The position numbers and the translations under genes were made by a program. Positions 48,092-60,148 of a DNA stretch of 64,000 nt are shown here, piece after piece. Origin of the DNA: a virus. The stretch lies in the IMG/VR virus record IMGVR_UViG_3300045199_000074, one strand, 5' to 3'. Below the pieces are notes generated by a model. The model saw only the letters and a program-made list of their open reading frames with translations, was not told the DNA's origin and made no database searches. Every line of letters starts with the position of its first letter. The stretch's first letter is position 1.

Positions 48092-49810
48092 CTACATTCT
48101 CATTATAGATTGGTAGTTTTCCTCATCGACCTCTTCAACTGGTGTATTATCGTTATCGTTTACATCCTCGATAGAATCGTCATTGTCTTTTCTGTATGAA
48201 TTTTCGGCTATTTTTGACAAATCTATGTGTTTTGGCTTCGGATATATGGCTTCGTCATTCGGCGTCAGAATTACAGGACCTTCTGGATTGCTCAATCTCC
48301 CATCAGATCTACGGGTTACGACAAGCGAACCATCGCGACCAACTCTAACTGCATGAGTATTAGAGTTAAAATCAAATTCAGGAACATTGTTATCCAGGAT
48401 AATCATGCGCATAAAGAAATCCATCGCCTTGTTTCTTTCTGATTCACTGCATGCTAATCGAGGGTTCCCTTCGCCTGATATTCTTTCTCCGTTTTTATCC
48501 CATTTTACATAAGCTTCTCCGTGATCCTGATGTGACCAGAATGCTTCCGTAGTTCCATCTGTGTTTAAAACAAAAATTTTCGGCCCGTTGTCATCGTGGT
48601 CTTCTATTCTTGTGATGACAATTTTTCTATCAGGTGGTGCTCGGTTCACCATGGCGTCTGACATTTTTGATAGCGCGTCAGCTAAGGATTTCCTGTCGCA
48701 AATTATTAATTCCAGTTCGCCTTGTACAGTTGCTGATATCTTACTAAAAAATGTATCATCGGCATTCTTTATGTAATCAGCAATGAGCCTACTTGTTTCG
48801 TTTGTAGATAAGACGCCAACTAGGCTAGCAAGATTTTTACCTCTATTTAAAGCTTCGTCGAATGCTTTTCTTATTTGAAGGTTAAACTTGGCTTGTATTC
48901 CAGAATATGTGTCCTTTAAAAAATCTTCTATATATGATTTTGCCAACATCGTTGCACCTAACACGAATGCACCGCCACTAATATTTGATAACAGGGACTC
49001 TCCGCCGATACCAATTGCTGATGCTGCCATGGTCAATCCAGTAGCGCCGCCTGATGTTAAAGCATCTATCAAAACACCACCGATAATTATGGCTCCGGTA
49101 CCAATTTGATATTTCGAAACCTTACCCCATATTTTGTCATATTTGAATTGAGCGTTGCCTTCGCCTATTTCCGTATTACGGTATCTGTTACCATAAACTG
49201 TGGCTCGGTATGTTCGATCAGGTAAATGTTTATCTGCAATCGACATAGTAGGTGTCATATCGGCATCTGTTAGATTATTAGATATAACGCTGCTTTCGAC
49301 CCAATCCACGTTGTGAAGCACACATTCTTGAAAATTGGTTCTCCGTACCGTTGCTCCCACGAATGATGCTGATGACATCGTCGAACCGTGAAAATCAGTG
49401 TATTCTACATTCGCACCATCCCATTTCGAGTAGGTGAGTGTGGCATGGTGGAATGTAGAGCGTTTGCCGCCATGCTTTTCGTATTTTGCGAGCTTAGCTT
49501 CACTAAAATCAGCTTGTATAGCGGTTATTCCTGATGCATATACTCCACGCATACTGGCTCCACGGAATATGCTTTTATCTGCATTACTTCCCCTGAGATC
49601 AGCGAAGTCTAGGTTTGCACCCGTAAAATCAATTCCTGATAAATCTGCTCTAGACAAGTCGTAGCCAGATAGATTTGCGTTTGCAAACGAGGCCCCTTTT
49701 TTTAGAAGCGTGCGAACGAATATCTTTCTGGTCGGAGAGTTTCCTTCATAAAGAATGTTTCCTTCGTTGTCGAATATCGTTTGTTTTTTCACGGTCGCCC
49801 TCCATGTCAC
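48092..49810 (-). CDS. Pentapeptide-repeat protein with a central hydrophobic region
   Basis: ANLSG YDLSR ADLSG IDFTG ANLDF ADLRG repeats; acidic tail ending SIMRM. Confidence 0.82.
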   Translation of the reverse strand: MTWRATVKKQTIFDNEGNILYEGNSPTRKIFVRTLLKKGASFANANLSGYDLSRADLSGIDFTGANLDFADLRGSNADKSIFRGASMRGVYASGITAIQADFSEAKLAKYEKHGGKRSTFHHATLTYSKWDGANVEYTDFHGSTMSSASFVGATVRRTNFQECVLHNVDWVESSVISNNLTDADMTPTMSIADKHLPDRTYRATVYGNRYRNTEIGEGNAQFKYDKIWGKVSKYQIGTGAIIIGGVLIDALTSGGATGLTMAASAIGIGGESLLSNISGGAFVLGATMLAKSYIEDFLKDTYSGIQAKFNLQIRKAFDEALNRGKNLASLVGVLSTNETSRLIADYIKNADDTFFSKISATVQGELELIICDRKSLADALSKMSDAMVNRAPPDRKIVITRIEDHDDNGPKIFVLNTDGTTEAFWSHQDHGEAYVKWDKNGERISGEGNPRLACSESERNKAMDFFMRMIILDNNVPEFDFNSNTHAVRVGRDGSLVVTRRSDGRLSNPEGPVILTPNDEAIYPKPKHIDLSKIAENSYRKDNDDSIEDVNDNDNTPVEEVDEENYQSIMRM

Positions 49811-49846
49811 GTGTTAGACTACCCTGATATCCTGCAAGGGACATCA

Positions 49847-50485
49847 TTACCTAGTGCCGATGGAAATCATCTGCTGAAATTCATTTTGCAAAGAATGTAT
49901 TGTGAATTTTGAGGCATCTATCTCTCCGGTTGTTAACGGATATACTGACAACAAAAGAACGGCAATGATTGAGTATCTACCAAAAAACGATGGAAATGTC
50001 AGAAATTCCCATAATGTTTTTGGTGTTCTTGTCAGAATTGACCATATGCATATAATTGCTGCTCCAACGGTTGCTGATGCGCTAAACATCGATATCCATG
50101 TTAGTATGGCTAGCGTGGCGCTCAATTGAGCTAAATATTTCGATTTTTTCTTGGTTACTTTTTTTCTACGATAAACGCGTCCGCTTGTCTGTGTGGCTGC
50201 GTATCTTGCAACCGAAATTGCTCTTTTCACTGTTACTTTGAAAAATTCTCGTCGTTTATTTATGCGATTATCGGTTAGGTGTTCGTGAATAATTCGCTCT
50301 GTTAATGATGGGTTGTTAGTTTCTACGGCCATTTCTAGTTTGAATGGCATTGCAACACCTGTCGCAGAATTTAGTTCTTTTAACCGAGCTTCTGGTTCCC
50401 GAGTAGTCTTCCCGATTTTAACAATTCCTGGCATTGTTGGATTCGTGAGGATATATACATATCCTTTTTTATTAGGGGACTTCAT
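49847..50485 (-). CDS. GIY-YIG (T5orf172-type) nuclease-domain protein with C-terminal TM segments
   Basis: GYVYILTN...VKIGKT...R...E...H...REFF. Confidence 0.8.
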   Translation of the reverse strand: MKSPNKKGYVYILTNPTMPGIVKIGKTTREPEARLKELNSATGVAMPFKLEMAVETNNPSLTERIIHEHLTDNRINKRREFFKVTVKRAISVARYAATQTSGRVYRRKKVTKKKSKYLAQLSATLAILTWISMFSASATVGAAIICIWSILTRTPKTLWEFLTFPSFFGRYSIIAVLLLSVYPLTTGEIDASKFTIHSLQNEFQQMISIGTR

Positions 50486-50567
50486 GAACCATCTCTGGCG
50501 GTGTTTATAATTTCATTATTCTTCATACATATGATTAGCGCAAATTTTTCAAAATTAGATCCAAATA

Positions 50568-50597
50568 GAAAGGGCCTCGAATTTCGAGGCCCTTTCT
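50568..50597. terminator. Intrinsic terminator after nrdF
   Basis: AGAAAGGGCCTCGAA/TTCGAGGCCCTTTCT inverted repeat. Confidence 0.75.
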
Positions 50598-50600
50598 TAA

Positions 50601-53766
<3,166 letters not shown>

Positions 53767-53781
53767 TACGTTCTCCTAAAT

Positions 53782-54177
53782 TCAACGTTTCCAGAAAATT
53801 TCTAGGCCGTTCTGGACATTGGCCACATCTTCAGTAGTGCCCATTAATTCAAAACGATAAAGAAAAGGGACACCATAATCCCTTTTAATTATGTTTCCTG
53901 CAATCGCATATTGATTGCCAAAATTTGTATTTCCCGCAGCAATTACGCCTCGCATATTTCTACGATTTTCATTATGTTCCAAAAAGTTTAGAACCTGTTG
54001 GGGGATAGCTCCTTTTCCTGATGTATCACAGTAGGTTGGAACCACTAATACGAATGGCTTATCTGTAATCAGAAATTCTTTTGCATTGATCGGTATCCGG
54101 GCATTTTCAATACCAAGCTTTTGAACAAAGCGATGGGTATATTCGGATTTTGTTGAAAAATAAACGAGCATACTCAT
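53782..54177 (-). CDS. nrdI: Flavodoxin NrdI
   Basis: YFSTKSEYTHRFV, GNTNFG and FELMGT motifs. Confidence 0.92.
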   Translation of the reverse strand: MSMLVYFSTKSEYTHRFVQKLGIENARIPINAKEFLITDKPFVLVVPTYCDTSGKGAIPQQVLNFLEHNENRRNMRGVIAAGNTNFGNQYAIAGNIIKRDYGVPFLYRFELMGTTEDVANVQNGLEIFWKR

Positions 54178-54187
54178 CGCTTCCACC

Positions 54188-54412
54188 TTAAGCAGCTAGC
54201 GAGCTGATCATGTCAGGACGGAAACCAGCCCAGTGTGTTTCACCTACAATAACTACCGGTGCCTGCCTGTATCCTAGACCTGTTACCAGTGCATATGCAT
54301 CCTGATCTTTCGAGACATCCACAACGGAATATTCGACGCCTTTTTTATCAAGAGCACGTGTAGTTGCGGAGCACTGTGGGCATGCTGGCTTGCTGTAAAC
54401 TGTAACTTGCAT
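54188..54412 (-). CDS. nrdH: Glutaredoxin-like NrdH
   Basis: VYSKPACPQC, GYRQAPVV and WAGFRPD motifs. Confidence 0.92.
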   Translation of the reverse strand: MQVTVYSKPACPQCSATTRALDKKGVEYSVVDVSKDQDAYALVTGLGYRQAPVVIVGETHWAGFRPDMISSLAA

Positions 54413-54680
54413 TTCTAACTTCCTTTTTAGTTGTTTATTTAACCATGAGGTGCTCGCAGACAAAGGTTAATTAAACAAGGGTTTCCACCCAAGTTTGATA
54501 TTCCTATGTATCTGGGAAATTTATGACCGCAGACAGATCACGCATTCTCTATATATTGTTGAGAATATACGGGATATTTGCGAATGAAAAGGCATTTTTG
54601 GTTGCAAATTTTATTGACCACAATGTTTTTTCACTCATAAATTCCTTCGAATTTTATTCCTTTCTCTTTGAACACCACTC

Positions 54681-54727
54681 ATACTATCTATAGTATATCT
54701 ATCGGCGCATGGCACAAAATCTTGGTC
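54681..54727. promoter_or_regulatory. Tandem NrdR boxes upstream of nrdHIEF
   Basis: ATACTATCTATAGTAT (54681-54696) and GCACAAAATCTTGGTC (54712-54727) resemble acaCwAtATaTwGtgt and start 31 bp apart. Confidence 0.7.
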
Positions 54728-54862
54728 ATGAAAATTATATCGATACATTGGTTGACTCGGCCGATATTAAGCTGGCTTTGTGTATATTTTTGGCTTAATT
54801 ATTTTTTCGATATAATCCTAAAGCCTAATGATTTCAATGGTTAAAAAAGGTGCGTCAAGTTG

Positions 54863-56308
54863 TCATCCTTTTACAGTGATAATTGGTCTCATCTTTGCAA
54901 CCTTGTTGACCATTCCTTTGTCTTTCATTGGATAGACAACATTTTCGATTGGCCGATATGCATCAGGAGCTTCTTCTTTTAATCGGCCGACGATTTCGTG
55001 AATAATATCGGACCTGGATCGTATTTTTTGGTCATTGAGATTGATCGGCGTAACCACCCGTAGGTCAACCGGATGTTTAGCCTCAGCTCGCGCTTCTTGT
55101 CGTGACAAGCGTCGTCCCGCTCCATGGGCTGCAGACTGAAGCGTGTCTTCATTGCCAAGTCCCTTGAGAAGCCATGTTCCGTCTCCCATCGATCCTGGTA
55201 GAATTACTGGTTCTCCAAGCCATTCGTACGGAGAACCATGCTGGAAGCCTTGGCCTCGGGCTGGACAAGAACCCTTTCTGTGCATGTATTTGCCGCCGTT
55301 TGACCAGATAACATTGTGTGGAGCGTCATAGATCAGTTTTGCGTCAACTTGTTTCCCTAGAGCCATCTCGACGGCATGAATGGTCGCAAGACCGATCAGG
55401 AAACGGTTTGCAAAGGCGATATTGACTGCGTTTGCCTGGCCGTTGAGAAAGCGTTGCAGTTCATCCGCATGGTGTTCTGCAGAAAGGATGCGCTGATCTC
55501 CATGTCTGGTTAGCGTTCGCATTCTCTCCTTTGTCGTTGATCCAACATATTGCCCGAAATCGAGGGAACCAGAGTGAACGACCATGATGACAGAACCAGT
55601 TTTTATGCCAGTTGCCATGGCAAATGCGCCGTCGACGATCTTGTCGATAATACCGAGTTCGATAAAGTGATTTCCTCCTCCGATAGATCCGAGGATTGCA
55701 TCGTAACGATAGCCGTCATTGAGATTCCCGTATTCAATAAAGCCACTGTCGATGCTTGACGATGCGAAGAAGCCATCATCGCAGGTCCTGCTAATGTCTC
55801 TCCATGCAGTTTTTAGCTCTAGGTTTCTTAGGAGTCCCTTGGCGTCCACAGCCAGTGATTCCAGCAGTCCTGGGATGCCTTCCCTGAGGATTGCGTGACG
55901 TTGCTTTCCATATAGTGAAATGTTTCTGCCGCCTTGGAAATGAACATGACGCAAATGGCCATCCAGCGAGCTAGCGGCCAGATCGTCCTCGGTTACACCG
56001 TCAAGTACGACCATACGCATGCCACACCCAATGTCGTTGCCGATGATATGTGGCATCGTAGCGCCTTGGATGGCCATGGCTACGCCGACTGGCACAGGTC
56101 TACCAGCATGAAAGTCAGGTGTAGTAACGATCCGTTCTACAGTCGCAGAAGCTTGTTCAAACGCCTCAAACGTCGGAATGGCGTTCGCTAGATCATTAAG
56201 CGCCAATCTCCTGTGTCGTTCAGGTTCGTTGCAGGATGTGATAGTGTGAACGTCGTGACCGGAAATATAGACGCGACTATTCTCAGGCAAAATGCCAGTG
56301 ATTTTCAT
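54863..56308 (-). CDS. rtcB: RtcB-family RNA ligase
   Basis: PDFHAG, DIGCG, GGGNHF, HSGS, HN, HRKG and HGAGR motifs. Confidence 0.9.
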   Translation of the reverse strand: MKITGILPENSRVYISGHDVHTITSCNEPERHRRLALNDLANAIPTFEAFEQASATVERIVTTPDFHAGRPVPVGVAMAIQGATMPHIIGNDIGCGMRMVVLDGVTEDDLAASSLDGHLRHVHFQGGRNISLYGKQRHAILREGIPGLLESLAVDAKGLLRNLELKTAWRDISRTCDDGFFASSSIDSGFIEYGNLNDGYRYDAILGSIGGGNHFIELGIIDKIVDGAFAMATGIKTGSVIMVVHSGSLDFGQYVGSTTKERMRTLTRHGDQRILSAEHHADELQRFLNGQANAVNIAFANRFLIGLATIHAVEMALGKQVDAKLIYDAPHNVIWSNGGKYMHRKGSCPARGQGFQHGSPYEWLGEPVILPGSMGDGTWLLKGLGNEDTLQSAAHGAGRRLSRQEARAEAKHPVDLRVVTPINLNDQKIRSRSDIIHEIVGRLKEEAPDAYRPIENVVYPMKDKGMVNKVAKMRPIITVKG

Positions 56309-56437
56309 GATAATTCTCCAAAATTGATGGGTTCAGCAGCCGCAGCAATACGGAGACCTTACTCCTTTCTCATAATTCTTAATCGAGTTCAATGATTTAT
56401 TTGAAAAACCGCTAATTTCTGTGACAATAGTCGAAAA

Positions 56438-57604
56438 ATGGGAAAACAAATGTTCAATAAAATGCAAAAGTTCATTTCTAAAAACAAAGATTCGATAATT
56501 TCTCAATTTACCTCAAAGGCAGACGCATTCCTGCCCGATCCTCTTTCGATAGAAGATCGTATTTATGGCTGTCTTTATGGTGGCGCTGTGGGTGATGCAC
56601 TTGGCTATATAGTGGAATTCGATTCCATTTCTACAATTCGGAAGAACTATGGAACGAGTGGAGTCTCCATGCGTGCAATTTCGCTTGTGTTCCCAATTTG
56701 GGAGCGCTGTCTGGTTAGTGACGACACCCAAATGACGATGTTCACGGCAGAGGGTGTTTTGGTGGCCCATCAACGGTGGGGAGATCGTCTTACTTCAGAA
56801 CGTGTCTTGGATTGCATTCGTGATGCCTATCTTGATTGGTATCTAACCCAGCAAACAAGCCCTTCGCAGGTTCCTGTCGGGCATCTGGGGCATTCTCAAT
56901 TGATGAGGGCTAATCGAGCACCAGGTATGACGTGTCTTTCGGCCTGTAAGGCTGGAGCGATAGGCACCGTTGAGCGACCGCTAAATGACTCAATGGGGTG
57001 TGGCGGTGTTATGCGGGTCGCTCCAATTGGATTCCTGCACCCTTCTGACCCTGCACACAGCTTCACGCTCGGCGTTAAGGCGGCCGCTATGACCCACGGA
57101 CATCCTATGGGGTATATTCCTGCTGGGGCATTGAGCTGGCTGATCAATAGGCTTGCTCAAGGCGAAAGCATGAAGGCAGCCGTCTTTGAGCTGGAGGAAT
57201 ACCTCAGAGGGGTAGAAAACGCTGGTCTGATGCGAACGCTCATTCTTTCCGCGATGAAGATCGCCCCGATCTCAGAAATCGCTCCTGAACATGTTGAGGT
57301 GCTTGGTGGCGGGTGGGTAGGACATGAATGCCTTGCCATCGCAATTTTGGCCGCCCTTGCCGACGTTCCCTTGGAGCGTAAATTCGAGATTGCGGTCAAT
57401 CATTCTGGAGATAGCGACTCAACTGCAGCGGTGCTTGGCAACCTGATCGGCGCAGAGGTTGGGCATCGTGCTTTGCTGGAGGTTCCTGCATACAGATCGA
57501 TGACATCGAAAATGGACGTCGCGCCGCTGCTGGAGCCATTGGTCAAAGATTTTTCTGACTTGATACAAAGGTCTTTGCCTGCAGGGAGTGCTACTGATGA
57601 ATGA
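56438..57604 (+). CDS. ADP-ribosylglycohydrolase (DraG/ARH family)
   Basis: GDALG, SDDTQMT, GCGGVMR, THGH and GDSDST motifs. Confidence 0.9.
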   Translation: MGKQMFNKMQKFISKNKDSIISQFTSKADAFLPDPLSIEDRIYGCLYGGAVGDALGYIVEFDSISTIRKNYGTSGVSMRAISLVFPIWERCLVSDDTQMTMFTAEGVLVAHQRWGDRLTSERVLDCIRDAYLDWYLTQQTSPSQVPVGHLGHSQLMRANRAPGMTCLSACKAGAIGTVERPLNDSMGCGGVMRVAPIGFLHPSDPAHSFTLGVKAAAMTHGHPMGYIPAGALSWLINRLAQGESMKAAVFELEEYLRGVENAGLMRTLILSAMKIAPISEIAPEHVEVLGGGWVGHECLAIAILAALADVPLERKFEIAVNHSGDSDSTAAVLGNLIGAEVGHRALLEVPAYRSMTSKMDVAPLLEPLVKDFSDLIQRSLPAGSATDE

Positions 57605-58235
57605 CGAGATCATCAGGTCGGCTTTGCTTCGTCAGTTTGCAAAGAAACATGCGAATTCGGACACCGTGATCGTGAACGAGCTTAAGGTGGCCAGAGGCTC
57701 CTCACGGCTCGATATTGCTGTACTCGATGATCGTATCAATGGCTTCGAGATAAAGAGCGACCATGATACACTTTCTCGTCTTCCGTCTCAGTTGCGCAAT
57801 TACAACCATGTCGTGGATAGGATGACTATTGTTGTTGGAGAACGCTATCTCGGGAAAGTCTTGGCTATGGTCCCAGAATGGTGGGGCGTGATGCAGGCTT
57901 CGCCAAAAGGAGACGGCGAAGCAGTTGTGAAAACAGTTCGACGTCCGAACCTGAATAGGTCGATCAATGCACGTGGATTGTTAGAGCTGCTTAAGAGAGA
58001 TGAATTGGTCGGTGCTTTGCACAAGTTTGGCCTCGAAAAAGGCCACTCGAAGATGACTATGTGGGACTTAATTTACCGAGCTGAAAATAAGATAAAGCGT
58101 TCTGATCTTTTGCCAATTGCGATTAGGAATATGAAATTTCGCGCAACTAGGCGGTTGGGTTCAGGTGGCGCATTTGTAGAAACAGCAATTGACTGCCGTC
58201 AGGATAGAAATTGCTTGACCAAAACCGTGGTTTAA
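57597..58235 (+). CDS. sce7726-like PD-(D/E)xK nuclease-fold protein
   Basis: RLDIAVL...GFEIKSDHDTLSRLPSQ...WWGV. Confidence 0.75.
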   Translation: MNDEIIRSALLRQFAKKHANSDTVIVNELKVARGSSRLDIAVLDDRINGFEIKSDHDTLSRLPSQLRNYNHVVDRMTIVVGERYLGKVLAMVPEWWGVMQASPKGDGEAVVKTVRRPNLNRSINARGLLELLKRDELVGALHKFGLEKGHSKMTMWDLIYRAENKIKRSDLLPIAIRNMKFRATRRLGSGGAFVETAIDCRQDRNCLTKTVV

Positions 58236-58249
58236 ATAAATATCAATTT

Positions 58250-58444
58250 ACTCTTTTGTTGAGGACCCAGGGGGTCTACTGCTTTCTCCGTAAGGACGGC
58301 AGAGGAGTCTAAAGAAATACCAACGGAATGAGCTTAGACCTTCCGAATGCTCATCAAAAATGTGGAACCGCTAAGATCGATAGGGGCGGCATCGACAGGA
58401 AATTGAAGTGGTCTCGTCTGCAGTTATGGCGCTTCAATTTCTTG
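58250..58444 (+). ncRNA. Candidate structured ncRNA with tandem pseudoknots
   Basis: TTGACC at 58215; hairpins, two H-type pseudoknot pairings and a long terminal hairpin. Confidence 0.45.
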
Positions 58445-58469
58445 AACTATTTCAATTATCATAAGTGTT

Positions 58470-59255
58470 TTAAGGCTCAACACCTAGCTCAAACGTTGTA
58501 ATAGGCTCCATTTTTTCAACGTATATGTCTCCAAGTACTTCCTTCATGCGATCAAAATGCTCGTCAGACGTGAAAACGACTGTCGGACGATGGGTCGATA
58601 CGACGTCGACAACCAAAGTTCCATAGGACGTTATGGTCGACGGCTTGGAAACCTCATCAGCAGGAAAATCCGCTAGCCACATCTCGAATTGTTTTTTGTC
58701 GATCCATTTGCCATTAAGGAGGCTCTCCGTATCTTTGATCGCAGACACTGCTTCGGAAAGTCCGATTTCACACGCGGCCTTTACTGGATCGATTCCGTTC
58801 TCGGTCGCGAGGGTTGTAATGCGGAGAATAGCTGGTTTTGTAATTATGCAATCTTTATAGCGAGGAGATACATAGGCATTCCTGTCGACATAAAGGCCGC
58901 CCATTCTGTTGGTGGCGTGTGCCTTGATGGTGATAAAGCCTTCATTCAGTTTGCGTATGTGAACAGACACTGGCTCTCTTATGCTCTTCGTGGCCTTGCA
59001 GCGTTTCTGAATTTCAAATGTGGCATCAACGAGAGGTTTCATCAGTTGGGTTGCGCGCTCTTGAAATCCGTCGAATAGATATCCTCTTAATTCGTCATCG
59101 ATTGGTAGTGCAGTTGGTTCCTCGCGGCCGATGAAATTGTACGCTTTGTCGACCTCAGGAAACTCTTCCAAGAGCTGCATCATCACAGGTGCATATAGCC
59201 TGATATGTTCATCCAGCAATTCAATGATATTGATGTTGTGATTTTTTGAGGTCAT
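58470..59255 (-). CDS. Hypothetical protein
   Basis: AAGGAG RBS; 261 aa. Confidence 0.75.
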   Translation of the reverse strand: MTSKNHNINIIELLDEHIRLYAPVMMQLLEEFPEVDKAYNFIGREEPTALPIDDELRGYLFDGFQERATQLMKPLVDATFEIQKRCKATKSIREPVSVHIRKLNEGFITIKAHATNRMGGLYVDRNAYVSPRYKDCIITKPAILRITTLATENGIDPVKAACEIGLSEAVSAIKDTESLLNGKWIDKKQFEMWLADFPADEVSKPSTITSYGTLVVDVVSTHRPTVVFTSDEHFDRMKEVLGDIYVEKMEPITTFELGVEP

Positions 59256-59299
59256 ATGTCCGCTCCTTTTTCGATAAAGACAACGGATTAGCAGCCTAT

Positions 59300-59411
59300 A
59301 AAAATAGTGAGGAAATCAATAAAATAATTTCCTCACCTTTATTGGTTAGACTCTTCCGGCGTCCAGGTCATTTCTGGCTTCGCTTCATCGAAATGTCGCC
59401 GCCGACCGAGT
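59300..59411 (-). ncRNA. Candidate small hairpin RNA with its own promoter and terminator
   Basis: TTGACA-17nt-AATAAT (59446-59418); rod hairpin 59411-59350; terminator GTGAGGAAAT/ATTTCCTCAC plus T-run. Confidence 0.45.
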
Positions 59412-59456
59412 AATTTAATTATTAATTTGATGATAGAATATGTCAATTTGAAAATA

Positions 59457-59531
59457 TGGCGTCTCCGGCAGGATTCGAACCTGCGGCCTATTTCTTAGGA
59501 GGAAATTGCTCTTCCACTGAGCTACGGAGAC
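59457..59531 (-). tRNA. tRNA-Arg(CCT)
   Basis: ATTTC-CTCCTAA-GAAAT; encoded CCA. Confidence 0.92.
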
Positions 59532-59539
59532 TAATGTTA

Positions 59540-59616
59540 TGGCGATCCCGGTAGGATTCGAACCTACGACCTTGAGCTTAGAAGGCTCCTGCTCTCGTCC
59601 ACTGAGCTACGGGACC
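59540..59616 (-). tRNA. tRNA-Arg(TCT)
   Basis: GAGC-CTTCTAA-GCTC; encoded CCA. Confidence 0.92.
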
Positions 59617-59644
59617 AAAGTGTAGTAAATACACTTCTTATATG

Positions 59645-59718
59645 TGGAGGCCTGACCGAGAATTGAACTCGGGTAAACGGTTTTGCAGACCGTCGCGTAA
59701 CCACTCCGCCATCAGGCC
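59645..59718 (-). tRNA. tRNA-Cys(GCA)
   Basis: ACGGT-CTGCAAA-ACCGT; U73; encoded CCA. Confidence 0.93.
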
Positions 59719-59793
59719 ATACTGACATTGCTGCCAGTTTATTCTTACTGGCGGGGAAAGGTTCTAATCCTTTAACAACCGCACGCCAGATTT

Positions 59794-59869
59794 TGGTGGG
59801 CTGAAGGAGAATTGAACTCCTGCCAGACAGGATCTCTGTCCCTGTTATCCTTTACAACAGTCTCAGCCC
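59794..59869 (-). ncRNA. Non-canonical tRNA-like RNA (6-bp D stem, 5-nt anticodon loop)
   Basis: GGGCTGA/TCAGCCC-A-CCA acceptor; AGGAG-TTCAATT-CTCCT T arm; GACAG-AGATC-CTGTC. Confidence 0.75.
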
Positions 59870-59876
59870 AAAAATG

Positions 59877-59952
<76 letters not shown>

Positions 59953-60065
59953 ACATGACGTCTCACGACGTTATTCGCGGGATGATTGATTGTCGGGCTC
60001 AACCATCCAAAAGCCATGACGCAACGAATTAGGCTGCGTGGAATCCGCATTTTATAGCGGACCTT

Positions 60066-60141
60066 TGGTGCCAAATAAGAGACTTGAACTCCCGACCTTC
60101 GCTTTACGAAAGCGCTGCTCTACCAACTGAGCTAATTTGGC
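60066..60141 (-). tRNA. tRNA-Thr(CGT)
   Basis: CGCT-TTCGTAA-AGCG; encoded CCA. Confidence 0.9.
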
Positions 60142-60148
60142 AATTACA

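Noticed and set aside
54413-54680. Cobalamin riboswitch in the nrdHIEF leader
   Set aside because: No B12-box or other conserved core elements seen
58279-58302. TCC-GTAA-GGAC hairpin resembling hammerhead stem II
   Set aside because: The CTGANGA and GAAA core sequences are absent
58382-58400. GGGGCGGCATCGACAGG resembling a tmRNA 5' end
   Set aside because: No acceptor piece with T arm and CCA and no ANDN-like tag reading frame nearby
59794-59869. Ordinary tRNA-Ile(GAT)
   Set aside because: Forcing a 7-nt loop gives G32, A33 and C37 and breaks a G-C pair; U8 and a normal D arm are also missing
59953-60065. HDV-like (theta) ribozyme downstream of tRNA-Thr
   Set aside because: A GCGAAT segment follows a long hairpin, but P1, P2 and P1.1 pairings could not be built
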